Below are positions 21,786 to 32,885 of a DNA stretch of 64,000 nt, piece after piece. Under the pieces are notes generated by a model, which made no database searches, was not told the origin of the DNA, and saw only the letters and a list, made by a program, of their open reading frames with translations. Location: positions 2,852,001 through 2,916,000 of the forward strand of contig JBHGNT010000021.1 of NCBI GenBank assembly GCA_043228905.1, written 5' to 3'. Source of the DNA: Azolla caroliniana. Lineage: Eukaryota > Plantae > Polypodiophyta. Each line of letters starts with the position of its first letter. Position 1 is the first letter of the stretch. A program made the translations under genes and the position numbers.

Positions 21786-23795
21786 AACAAACTTAATCTT
21801 CATTAAGATAGGGTTTCCAATGATACCAAAGTGCAAAATTAACATTCTCCTTTCATTTATTCGCAAGAGTATACATATACATTACAACAAGAGAGAGCAA
21901 ACACAGAGATCACTTAAGGAGAATAACCTCACATAAGGAGGTTTATGTCGTTGCTTTACCTTGTATTCCAGAACCTCACATAGGAGGAGAAGGCTCCTCC
22001 TTATAAAGGCCAAGATATGGTCGTTGGGCTAACTAGATGGGCTACAACTTTAATCATTCTCAATATGTAGGAATATCACATTGGATAATATTGTGTGTTG
22101 TATAGTGAATTTCATGAGCTTTCATGTTATATTTTTTAATAAATGTTATCTCCTAATTATAAATGCAAGCTATGAAAATTACATTAAAATTTCTATAATG
22201 TTCTACATTATTTGTGGTTTTTGAAACAAATAAATAAAAATTGTAAAATTGTTTAGGTTTGTTTTGAAGAAGGATAACAAAAGATAACCAAGGGTTTTAT
22301 GGTTCTACAATCTACCAATCCTCCTTGTTTTCTTTGATTTGTTAAAACGTGCATTGGAATCCATGTATACTGCCAAAGTTTGATAAAAGTGTTACAATAA
22401 TTTTAATAGAGAGCCGCTCAATTGAATATGTACATTATCACTAAGATATGAGAAAAGTGTTCCAACTTGTTGCAATTGATATTAGAAGTATTTATAATGT
22501 GTTTAACATATTCTACATACATAACATATTCTGTCTTTTGAATACATAAAATCCCTCACCACCTTTTCATGGTTGGCCTCCAACTCCGCCGCTAGGTTTT
22601 TGACGAAGCAACACTAAAATCAACAAAAAAGGAACACCTATGATTTGTAAAGTAGGAGGTCCCTCAATGAGATGCGAGTGTGACTCTCCTTCAAGGATGA
22701 AGAACAATTTGCAAAGATCCCCCATCATGAAGGCATTTCCAAATTCCAGATAATCACAAATTCCAATGGAAGCAATTGAAAGTACATTCTAGAAATTAAG
22801 TGTGCTCCCATGCCACGTTTTGAATGGAAGGTGACATTTTTCAGTAGCCATGTTTATGGAGATATTCATGTTATGACTTACACTTTATGTAGCCACATTT
22901 TTGGAGGTATTCATGTTATGATTGTCTTTTGCAAGGATGGGTTGAATGTGTACCAACTCACATGTATTGAATAGAAGATGACCTTTTGCCGTCATTTAAG
23001 AAAAAAGAGTAATACCCAAATAGTCATTACTAACTATACGTCCTCATCGATATGAATGTCACAATGTACATTTAGGTTAACAACGACCGTAGTGACTACA
23101 ACTTTTTGTTTGATACTTACTACTAAGGGGGAAAAGGATCGAGTCACCTTAACCGGAGATGGTTGATTCACTTCCCTTCTCATCAAGTTTTAAGTGCACG
23201 AACATACACCCAACTTCGACATTACTAACTAAAACCCACACATTAATTTCTAACAATGTGTAGGGTTTGCCTACTATTTAATATGATCAAATCTATACGA
23301 TGTACTCTCATTGTAGCACCCTCCATGACAAAACGTTCGTAGCGTTAGCAATGACATTAAGATTTTAGTATCTTTATTGTCGCATGTCACTCAATTAGGT
23401 GACACTCGTTACTCATCTCTTTGTTGTCATTATTAAACAATGCTTGCTTTTCTTGACACCGAAATTTCAAAGCAATGATTTGAGACAAGGACAATCAACA
23501 AGAAAGCCGATCAAGCACTGTTACTTTGGATGAGAATCAGGAGTCCATGTTTTTTCTTTCTTTCTTTCTTTCTTGTTTATGTTTGAAATTTTGTGTATAA
23601 AAAGGGAAGTGTAAAGAGAGCAAAAATAGAAGAATGCATGCAAATGTGAAGCAAAAAATAAAAGGTGACCAAATCTAAACATGCTCAATGTGGTAGGAGT
23701 GTGTACTGATGAGACCCACCCACGGGACCGACCAACTGGCCGGCCCTACGACCAATTGGCCCGATGGGAGCAGGCAGCCGACCAAAGCCCCCTCA

Positions 23796-25931
23796 CTATG
23801 ATGATTGGTGTCGGTGATGGTGATGGAGGCAGGCCAAACGGTAGCGACTGAGGGCAGTGAGTGGGAAATGCTGGGCATAGTAGTGGTACCTCAGGTAGAA
23901 GTGGCCCGGGAACCCGGTCCCGGTAAAACTCCGCTCGTGCCACGACCCGTCCGGTCGCTGCGTCCTCAATAGGAACCCAACCCCTCTCTCGATCGCCTCC
24001 ATCTCGTACCTCCCCGTCGCCTCCCCGGCCGCAAGCAGCCCCATTATCGCCCATGCCGTCTGTGATGCCGTGCTCCCCGCCTCCTCGTCCCCTTCCATCT
24101 TCCCTTTCTTCACCGCCCCGGCCCCCGCTGCTGCTCGTGCCACAATGTCGTAGGTCAAGCACGTCTCCCCCCACCCTCCGTCCTCCTCATTCTGCACCTC
24201 CACCAGCCACCTGGCGGCCCTCCCGATCTCCTCCTCATGCTCCTTCCCCGCCAGCGCCGCCAGCGCCATCATGGCGCCGCTGGTCCCGTAGATGTAATTC
24301 ACCCCCCACCTCCCGAACCAGCACCCCTCCGCCTCCTGCTCCCGCCTCAGATACGCCATCCCTCGCTCTAACACCTCCCTCGCAGGCAACAGCCCCACAT
24401 TCTCCTTGGCGCTGCTGGCCCCCAGCCGGCCCGCCATCTCCAGCACCCGTGCCGTCACGTCCGCCGTATTGGGATCGATCATCGCCTTCAGGTCCCCGAA
24501 CGGCATCGCGTTCAGCCAGTCTTGGTCGTTGTCCTTGTCGAAGGCTCCCCATCCACCGGCCTTGCATTGCATGGAGGTTATCCAAGCCACGGCCCGCGCC
24601 ACTGCGTTCCGCTTGACGGTGTTGTCCGGCAGGTCGACGGCGTCGAGGGCCATGACCACGACGGCGCTGTCGTCGACGTCGGGGTACCAGCGGTTGAAGA
24701 ATTCGAAGGCCCAGCCGCCGGTGGCGTTGGTGGGGTTCTTGTAGGACCAATCTCCGGGCTGGAGGATTTGCTTGTGGAGGAGCCATTGGGCGGCGTGGCG
24801 GAGGGCGGGGTGGTCGGGAGGGATGCCGGAGTCGACCAGCGAGCGGACGACGAGGGCGGTGTCCCACACCGGGGAGACGCAGGCCTGCACCCGGCACACC
24901 TCCGCCGTCTCCACCGTGAACGCCGCCACCGCCTGGAGGCCGCGGTGCATGACGGGATCGGCGGCGGCGTAGCCCAGGACGTGGAGGCACAGGATGGTGT
25001 AAAACATGGCGGGGAAGATGCCGGACCAATCGCCGCTGTCCTCCTGGCGCTCCAGCACCCATTTCTCGGCGGCGAGGAGGCCGCGGCGGCGGAAAGGGAC
25101 GAGGCCCAGGCGGTCGAGCGCCTTGAGCGTGTAATCGAGGGCGACGAAGAAGTCGGCGCGCCAGTTGCGGTTGCGGGCGGGGGAGAAGGAAGGGAGGACG
25201 TTGGCATGGAGGGAGGAGCCCTCCGTGAAGAGCTCGTCGAAGTTGGCGAAGGATGGGGTGGCGGCGGAGCCGATACGGACGGGGAAGACGGGTTTCTTGT
25301 CGAAGACGACGAAGAGGGGGACGGTGCTGGCGCGGGCCCAGCTGGACATCTCGTAGATGCTGGTGGGGAAGGAAGGGGGGAAGAGCATGAACCAGGGCGG
25401 CAGCGTGGGGATGCCCCGCCAGTCGAAGCAGCCCAGCAGGGCGAGGCAGAGCTTGGTGAAGATCCTGGAGGCGGAGGCGCCGCCGCGGGAGAGGATGAAG
25501 GGGAGGGCGTCGGCGAGGTCCGGGTCGGATTTGGGGGCCCCCAGCAGCCGCAGTGCGATGTAGGCCTCGATGCTGACGCTCAGATTGCCGCCGTCGCCGT
25601 GGGCCAGCTCCCAGTAAGCGGTGGGTGGGCGGCGGCGGAGCTGGCGGCGGAGGTAGGCCTCCATCTTGTGAAGCGGGTAGTGGCCATCGACGGCCAGGAT
25701 CTTGTAGAGCAGGACGGTCTCGGCGGTAATGGAGGCGTTGGCATCCAGCTCCGCCCACCAGTAGCCCTCCGGGTATTGCTGTGAGAGGAGAAGAGACTGG
25801 GTGCGGCGAATGGCCTCCTCCAGAGATGGCGGCGGCGGCGGTGGAGCTGCTTCTCCCGCCGCCGCCGCCGCCGCCGCCGGAGGGGCGACGTACGTTTCAT
25901 CTTGGTTGTACGGCTGCCGCTTCATCGTCAT
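23796..25931 (-). CDS. shc: Squalene-hopene cyclase (bacterial-type triterpene cyclase), 711 aa, intronless
   Basis: Catalytic YPDVDD (DXDD), repeated QW motifs (QYPEGYW, QEDSGDW, QCKAGGW, QEAEGCW, QNEEDGGW, QRPDGSW), SPVWDT, GRWGVNYIYGT, STASQTAWA, FTGTGFPGHFYLRY. Confidence 0.97.
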   Translation of the reverse strand: MTMKRQPYNQDETYVAPPAAAAAAAGEAAPPPPPPSLEEAIRRTQSLLLSQQYPEGYWWAELDANASITAETVLLYKILAVDGHYPLHKMEAYLRRQLRRRPPTAYWELAHGDGGNLSVSIEAYIALRLLGAPKSDPDLADALPFILSRGGASASRIFTKLCLALLGCFDWRGIPTLPPWFMLFPPSFPTSIYEMSSWARASTVPLFVVFDKKPVFPVRIGSAATPSFANFDELFTEGSSLHANVLPSFSPARNRNWRADFFVALDYTLKALDRLGLVPFRRRGLLAAEKWVLERQEDSGDWSGIFPAMFYTILCLHVLGYAAADPVMHRGLQAVAAFTVETAEVCRVQACVSPVWDTALVVRSLVDSGIPPDHPALRHAAQWLLHKQILQPGDWSYKNPTNATGGWAFEFFNRWYPDVDDSAVVVMALDAVDLPDNTVKRNAVARAVAWITSMQCKAGGWGAFDKDNDQDWLNAMPFGDLKAMIDPNTADVTARVLEMAGRLGASSAKENVGLLPAREVLERGMAYLRREQEAEGCWFGRWGVNYIYGTSGAMMALAALAGKEHEEEIGRAARWLVEVQNEEDGGWGETCLTYDIVARAAAGAGAVKKGKMEGDEEAGSTASQTAWAIMGLLAAGEATGRYEMEAIERGVGFLLRTQRPDGSWHERSFTGTGFPGHFYLRYHYYAQHFPLTALSRYRLACLHHHHRHQSS

Positions 25932-28900
25932 CGAAACAATGTCGTTGCGTCCGACGCCTTCCTTCGCCTTTTGCTACTTCTCCGCCTCTTCCTGCTTCTG
26001 CCTTCTACTTCTGCCTTCTACTTCTGCCTTCTGCCTTCTGCCTTCTACCAACTTACAAATAAATAAAAGAAAAAATATAAGAAATTTAGTTGTTTATGTT
26101 TTTACACAAAAATAAATAAACAAAGTTGTTTTTATTTTATACATAATACATACATAATCGCATCAACAACAACATAAAAAAGCATTTATTTATTTTATTT
26201 AAACAAACTTCTTTCTTTTTTTTAAAATCAAATATTCTCTATATGTGCCAGTAGGTTTTTTGTTTATAGATCTATTTATTTATATTAATAATGTTTTTGT
26301 CAATTAAAGGATAATAAATGGACAGGAAATTAAATAATGAGCTTGAATAATTAATCTGCTTTCTTTTTCTTTTTCTTTTTCTTTTTCTTTTTCCTTTTTC
26401 TTTTTCCTTTTTCTTTTCCTTTTCCTTTTGCTTTTCTTTTTGCTTTTCTTTTTTTGAATCGATACCGTGTGTAATACGCTCAGTATTTATTTAAGTTTTA
26501 GATTAAAGCCAATTAAAAAAAATACTTTGATCTCTCTTTTTCCTCTTGATTAATAATTAGAGAGAGATAAGAGATACATACATATCTAAGGCAAAATCAT
26601 TCTCGGGGCATATGCACAAGATTTACCAACGTATATATCAATATACATCGTATGTATCAAATGTATATGTACATGTATGAATGTAACTCACACGTTTGTA
26701 CGTATACTAAGTACATCATATTTAGAAATTAGGACCGCTACAAAATAAATCAGAAATACGACTAGTGTGAGTAAGGGAAGGGAATCGTTAAGTCCTAGAA
26801 ATTACACACACACACTCACACTATATTGTTACATATTATAAAGTATTATTCTAGTCATTAGTGTTTTGAGAGAGTGAAAATGAGTTTGAGTTGACTTGAA
26901 TTGAATTGAATGATATACCAACAACATGTACAAATCACCATCGTTAAACAACTTACTTACTTGAGATGAGGTTATGATTAATGTAGAATAAAGGCTTAAC
27001 ATCAACTAAACAAACAAACACACACATGTTAAATCCCAGCCTCTACCATCACCAACGATGAATGCATTCTTCGAGAAGGCAAATCAAGGAGAAGAACATG
27101 CGCGGAAACACGAAAAGAGGATCCCATCAGACAGGTGGTGATACATTGATGTATTCTTAAGTAAGGATTTAGACTAATGGCATATTTGCGTCTTAGAATA
27201 GTATTGCCCTTCTGTTAAGCGTAACTAAGATTGTAAGCCATTAGAACAAATTACAACATGGCCTTTTATTAATGACTCATCCTAATTGCAAATAAGTGAA
27301 TTTTAGTAGTGACAAACCTTGAAAGCTTAGTCCTCCACCCAAGGAAATGATGAGATGCTCAAAGTTGAAAGGCTAAGTTGGAAATTGTATATTTATATAT
27401 CCCGTTCTAGATTATGTAAACGTCAACATGTTGATTAAATGAAGTCATTTTTGTAGTTGGAACTCACAATCTTTTTTTCTTCTTTTTTTTCCATAAAAAC
27501 TCACAATCTTATCAGCAAACTAATTTACTTTAGTTGTTCCACTTAACACAATAATACATAATGACAGAATGAATGCCTATACGAATATGTTTCAATTACA
27601 ACTTTTATTAATGTTGTCAAGCATACACATAGGAATTACAACTTGAATGAAATTGTAATTGTTATTGTAATTCTAAAAAGCATAGAGGCTCTCCATATAG
27701 ACATTTGTCCATTACATGCTATTATTTACATTCATTGACATCGACAAGAACGCATACGTTGTTCCATATATGTATACATCTTCACACACTTGTTGGATAC
27801 TCTACCACCTAGACTGGTAGGTAGGTTAATATTTTGATGGACATAGATGAATATGCATTTACTTTAGCACAAGAAGGTTGGTGCAAGTAGGGTCTTTCAA
27901 TGCCACTCTTTGTCTCTAGGGAGTTAGTTCCCCATCCCCATTGGAAGAGCTTTGTACACAATGCTTTTCATTTTTCATCGAACTATATTTAAGTATGTCC
28001 AAAGCTAATGCATGGTACTTAAATGGATGCACATTCATTATACGCGCAAAAAGTGTGTTGGATTGATTGATTTCCCAGTATTTCATTAATCATGATATCC
28101 ATCGAAAGATGATACAACAAGAAAATAAGAAAGATAAATCAACAAAGCTAGTCTAACACATGGTAATGTTCGTGAAGGGTATTGAGAAAGTGGAGGACTA
28201 TTGGACGCAAATCCATGTCTCGGTATGGAGGAGCTCTTAGAATCTTGTCCTTATGTGTCATAATACATACTCTATGAATCATGAAGTAATAAAGGAGATC
28301 TCACGATGGTGGTAACAAAATATGATAAATTATTCACCATTCTCTGAAACGATGGTCTCCTACTCTTATGAAGAGTTTAAAATAAAGAGACGTAGTTTTT
28401 TATTTATGTGATTTCAGTTTTATAGTTATTAAAGAAACAAATCAACACAAACATCATTGGGGTTTGTAAGATACATATACATGGTATTTGTGAAATTCAC
28501 AATATTTATAATTTATAAATATATACGCATTTTATTTTTCAAAATCTATATATAAGGAGGGAATGTTAAATTTATTTCTAGCTTTTTCTTTTTTAAACCT
28601 TGGAACTTAACAACATCTTGCCCCTTCTAATGACACAAACGATAGTCTGGTATTGATTAACACAATCCACACTAACATATCATTTTCAATCTAATAATAG
28701 TTATAACTATGTATAAGTAAATGCATAAATTGGCAACCTTTAGAGGCTTGTCGTTCTGGTTAACGAAATGATAAGATAATGGAACAAAAAAAAGTCTCGG
28801 GTGGAAGCTACATGAGATATGGGTTTTATGACTCTTAAAACAAGACAAAAGATGATTTAGTATGAGTTGAAATTCCAAAGGCTAATTGCAATCATTGTGG

Positions 28901-29030
28901 TGGTTAAATGTTGTTGTAATTCGCCTACCACTGGACTTAATTACTTTAGGTAATTCATAGAGTAAGTTATACATAATGGCGTAATGAATATTCATAATAT
29001 CTTACATTTGGTCAAAAATTAGATCATGCC

Positions 29031-29575
29031 TTGATCAAAAAATTTATGTGCTTATGTAGTTTCAAAGAAAGAGAAATTCCATTTGACATTTTTGCTTTAC
29101 CTCAGTTGAAATCGGGAGACAACTACCTCTATTTAGTTTACTCTATCTTTAAAAGTGTTGCAATCATTGAACATTATATCCTACACACATGTGTTGCAAT
29201 TACATTGTTACTTTATCTATATTTACATCTTTATCTAGTTATCACGAACTTTCTCTTTTATTCCTCCAACAAAACCCTGATATATGGAGTAAATTTACTT
29301 TGATCAACAATGTTGATTTTATGTGCTTATATAGTTTCAAAGAAAGACAAATTTCCTTAGACATTTTTGCATGACCTCAGTTGAGGTCCAACTACCTCTA
29401 TTTAATGTATCGTATGCTTAAAGGTGTTGCAGTCATCGAACATTGTATCCCATATATGTATACATGTTGCCCTTAGGAGAAACTATATCTTTGTCAAGTT
29501 ATCATGTCGTTTCTTTTTAATTCATCTAGACAAACCTTGGTATATGGAGATAAAATTACTTTGATCAATAATGTC
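29031..29575. repeat. Degenerate tandem duplication, unit about 265 bp
   Basis: TTGATCAA...TTTATGTGCTTAT.TAGTTTCAAAGAAAGA...ACCTCAGTTGA...CAACTACCTCTATTTA at 29031 and about 29299; a third unit starts near 29561. Confidence 0.75.
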
Positions 29576-32500
29576 AATGAAGGTAGGGCCTCTCTCCATC
29601 CCAATGGGCACCCTCCACCTACAAGTGCTTCTTTGCGAAACACTTTATGCTATTCATCAAACTATAGTTTCATTATGTTTGGAGATTGTCTACAATACTT
29701 CAATGCACACATTGATTAATTGGCCGAAAAGGGTATTGTGATAATTGGCGGCCCACCATTTCATTGATAACCTACTAAAAGGTTCATGCAAAACCTTTAC
29801 TTTTAGTGACGTGTGAGGTCCATTGTAAGATCATCGAGAAAGTAGGTAAGATAAATCACTTAAGCTTACACAAGACAAATGTGTGTAACAAGCGTTGAGA
29901 AAGTGATGAACAACGAGAAGCAAATACTTGTCAAGCAAGGTATGGAGGAGTTTTTGGCATTTTGTCCATATTCATCCTAATGCTTTTTCACTCTTGAAAC
30001 AACAAAAGGAACTATTTGATCCTTGTAATTTGCAAGCTTGACATCAAGGAAAATAGAATCCACACTTCCATGAATTTGGCACCAATATCAGTTAAAACTT
30101 TTGAGGAACATGAATAAGTCATCTTGGAATGCCCTAATTATCAAACATTAGCACACAAAAGCTCACTCTGCTTTTGCTTAATGCTCGAATGTGCTCCATT
30201 GTCTTTCCTATAATCAACATCTCATCCACAAACATGATAAATTGGATTAGGCTATTGCCCTAGCATTGTTTCATATGTAAGTAAGAATACTCAATATCAT
30301 GATGAATTTGCTCTGACTTCACAAATGAGTGCAACTTCTGGTATTAATGTTTGTGAGCTTGGTTCAAACATTGTAAGCTCTTCTTTAGTCAACAAACCAA
30401 CTCCCCCATGTAACCCAACTCAACAAACACAATGATTTGCTCCATAAACTCCTCTAGCTCAACGTTCCATAAAGAAAAGTATATTGACATCTGTCTACTA
30501 AAGCTCCATTCCATCCTTGGTCGTGATTGTGTTTTTGTTAGTAACACTTTTATTACTAGTGGGAAACCTCAAAGCGAGGTGAAAAACCACAAAGAATAAA
30601 GAGAAGTATACAAGTGGCGATTATACACTAAAGAGCTTAGAAGCACTCATTGACGTAAAAACTGTAAATTTGCAGTGTGATGTCTTTAAGTTCAAGACAA
30701 TCAAACAAAGATTGCATGAGGATTGCTTAAAGAAGCCAACTTCATGCGGTTGCTTTCAATCAAAGACCTGATTATTACGGGCCGTGGTCGTGATTGTGAG
30801 AAAATCCACAATGAGATCACCTTTACAACTAGTGAGAAGACTTTGTCAAATTCGATATTGCAATATTGCTTAAATCCCTTGTTGTTGATTCAAGCCTTGT
30901 ACTTTAGGTTAGGGCTATCAAGTGTGCTCTTTCACTGATAAATCAATGTACACGGTTGATCATGGTTTACTTTGGGTAGATGGAGCTCCTTCATGTCCGT
31001 CATCTCGAATTTGTCAAAGAGGAGGGACTTGACCTTGTTGATGTCGACTAGATTTTCATCTCCAATGACTAGATTATCTACATATAGGATGATGACAATC
31101 GAACTTCCAAAATTGCTTCTTATGTAGAGGGAGTTGTCGGATTTCGACATTCAGAAGCCGATTCGATGAAGGTATTGTTTTATCTTCAAGTGCCAAGCAC
31201 ATGGTGCTTGCTTAAGGCCGTAGAGTGGCTTCTTTAGTTGGTAGACTGCTTTCGGATGGGTGCTCTATTCGAAGCCGGGTGGTTGTACCATGTACACCTC
31301 TTCTAATTCACCTTGAAGAAAGGCGTTCTTGACGTCCATCTGATGGAGGTGCCACCCTTTCGCCGCTGCAAGTGCAATCACGGTCCGTACAGTAGTCATC
31401 TTTGCCACCAGGGCAAAGGTCTCTTCATAGTTGACTCCATGTGTTTGTGTGTATCCTTTCGCTACGAGTCGAGCTTTATAGCGGTTGACGGAGCCATCAA
31501 CATTATACTTCGCCTTGTAAATCCATCTGCATCCGATTGCCTTCTTGTGCGGTGAGTGGGGGACGAGCTCCCATGTCTCGTTCTTGCATAGCGCATGCAT
31601 CTCCTCGTTCATTGCTTCGACCCATCGTGGATCCTTGGTTGCTTTGGAAAAAGTTCCCGGTTCACGAATTGTCGCCGCCTTCATCATAAAGGCGTAGCGG
31701 TATGCCATATAGTCGTTGTAGCCGAATTGGCTAACTGGATTCTTCTCACGGGTGGAGCGACGAAGTTTCTCATTTGCCGATGTGAGTGCTTTCTTAACTC
31801 TGGGTGACCTCATAAGAGGCACATCAAAGCCACCGAACTCACTATCAGTGAGTGAGTTGATTCGTTGTCGTTGAATTGATCGTCTTCATATTTTGGCATT
31901 TTGGCCTTGCCTTTGTCCATCTTTGGACTTGGCCGAGATGTGCTCTGGTCGCTTGGGGGCTCTTGCTTGCGGCCCACTGAGCCTAGTTGTGATCGGACTT
32001 TCTTCGAACATGTGCCTCAGTTGATCGTCGTCTTCTATCTCTTGGTTGGCCAAGTTCGGGTTGACTGGGGTTGGAGTCAGAGTTGTCTCTAGTTTGTACC
32101 AGGATGTTGACTCATCGAAAACGACGTCTTGACTCACTCGAACTTTCTAGGTAGATGGATTATAGCACTTGTACCTGTTTTGCTCTAGTGATTATCCCAC
32201 GAGGATGCACTTCTCCGATTTTGGGTCAAGCTTTTGCCGCTTCTCATCGGGAATGTGCATGTATGCAATTGAATCGGATATCCTTACATGGGATAGATCC
32301 GGTTTCCTTCCATAGTACTTCTCATGTGGGGTTACATTGTGCACTCTGGATGTTGTGCATCGATTCATGAGGTAGATGGCAATATTTGTAGATTTTGCCC
32401 AATATGACTTGGGCATATGCTTCTTGTTTAGTATGTGTCAAGACTGAGAGAGAGAAAGAGAGAAAAAGAGATAGAAAGAGAATTATTATATTGAAGTGTA

Positions 32501-32885
32501 AAATGGATTACAAAGAGTAGGCTACACAATGGCGTTGAACCAATTTAGGTTTGGGATGGGTGGTAGATCCCTATTTATAAGTAATAGAGAACACTCTAGA
32601 ATATTCTAGGTTATCCTAGAATGTAGAGTAATCTAGAATATCTCTAGAGTATTCTAGAAGGTTCTAGTGGTATAGAACACTCTAGAATATTCTAGGTCAT
32701 TCTAGAATGTAGAGTAATATAGAATATTCCTATGATATTAGATTTCATATTCTAGAGACTATTCATAAAAGAATATTAATACAATGGTTAAGGATTTGAC
32801 ATGTGTACAACAAGGTCGTGGGTTCAAATCCTTTCGAGTCATAATGTGAGTGTCATGATCCTTTCGATTCATGATGTGAGTGTTA

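Noticed and set aside
21206-22060. 170-aa ORF and a PBS-like ATGATACCA near 21820
   Set aside because: No recognisable protein motif and no paired LTR or TSD; probably old TE debris.
24053-25784. Long overlapping ORFs (507, 420, 209, 187 aa) within SHC
   Set aside because: Shadow frames produced by extreme GC3 bias; low-complexity R/P/G/A translations.
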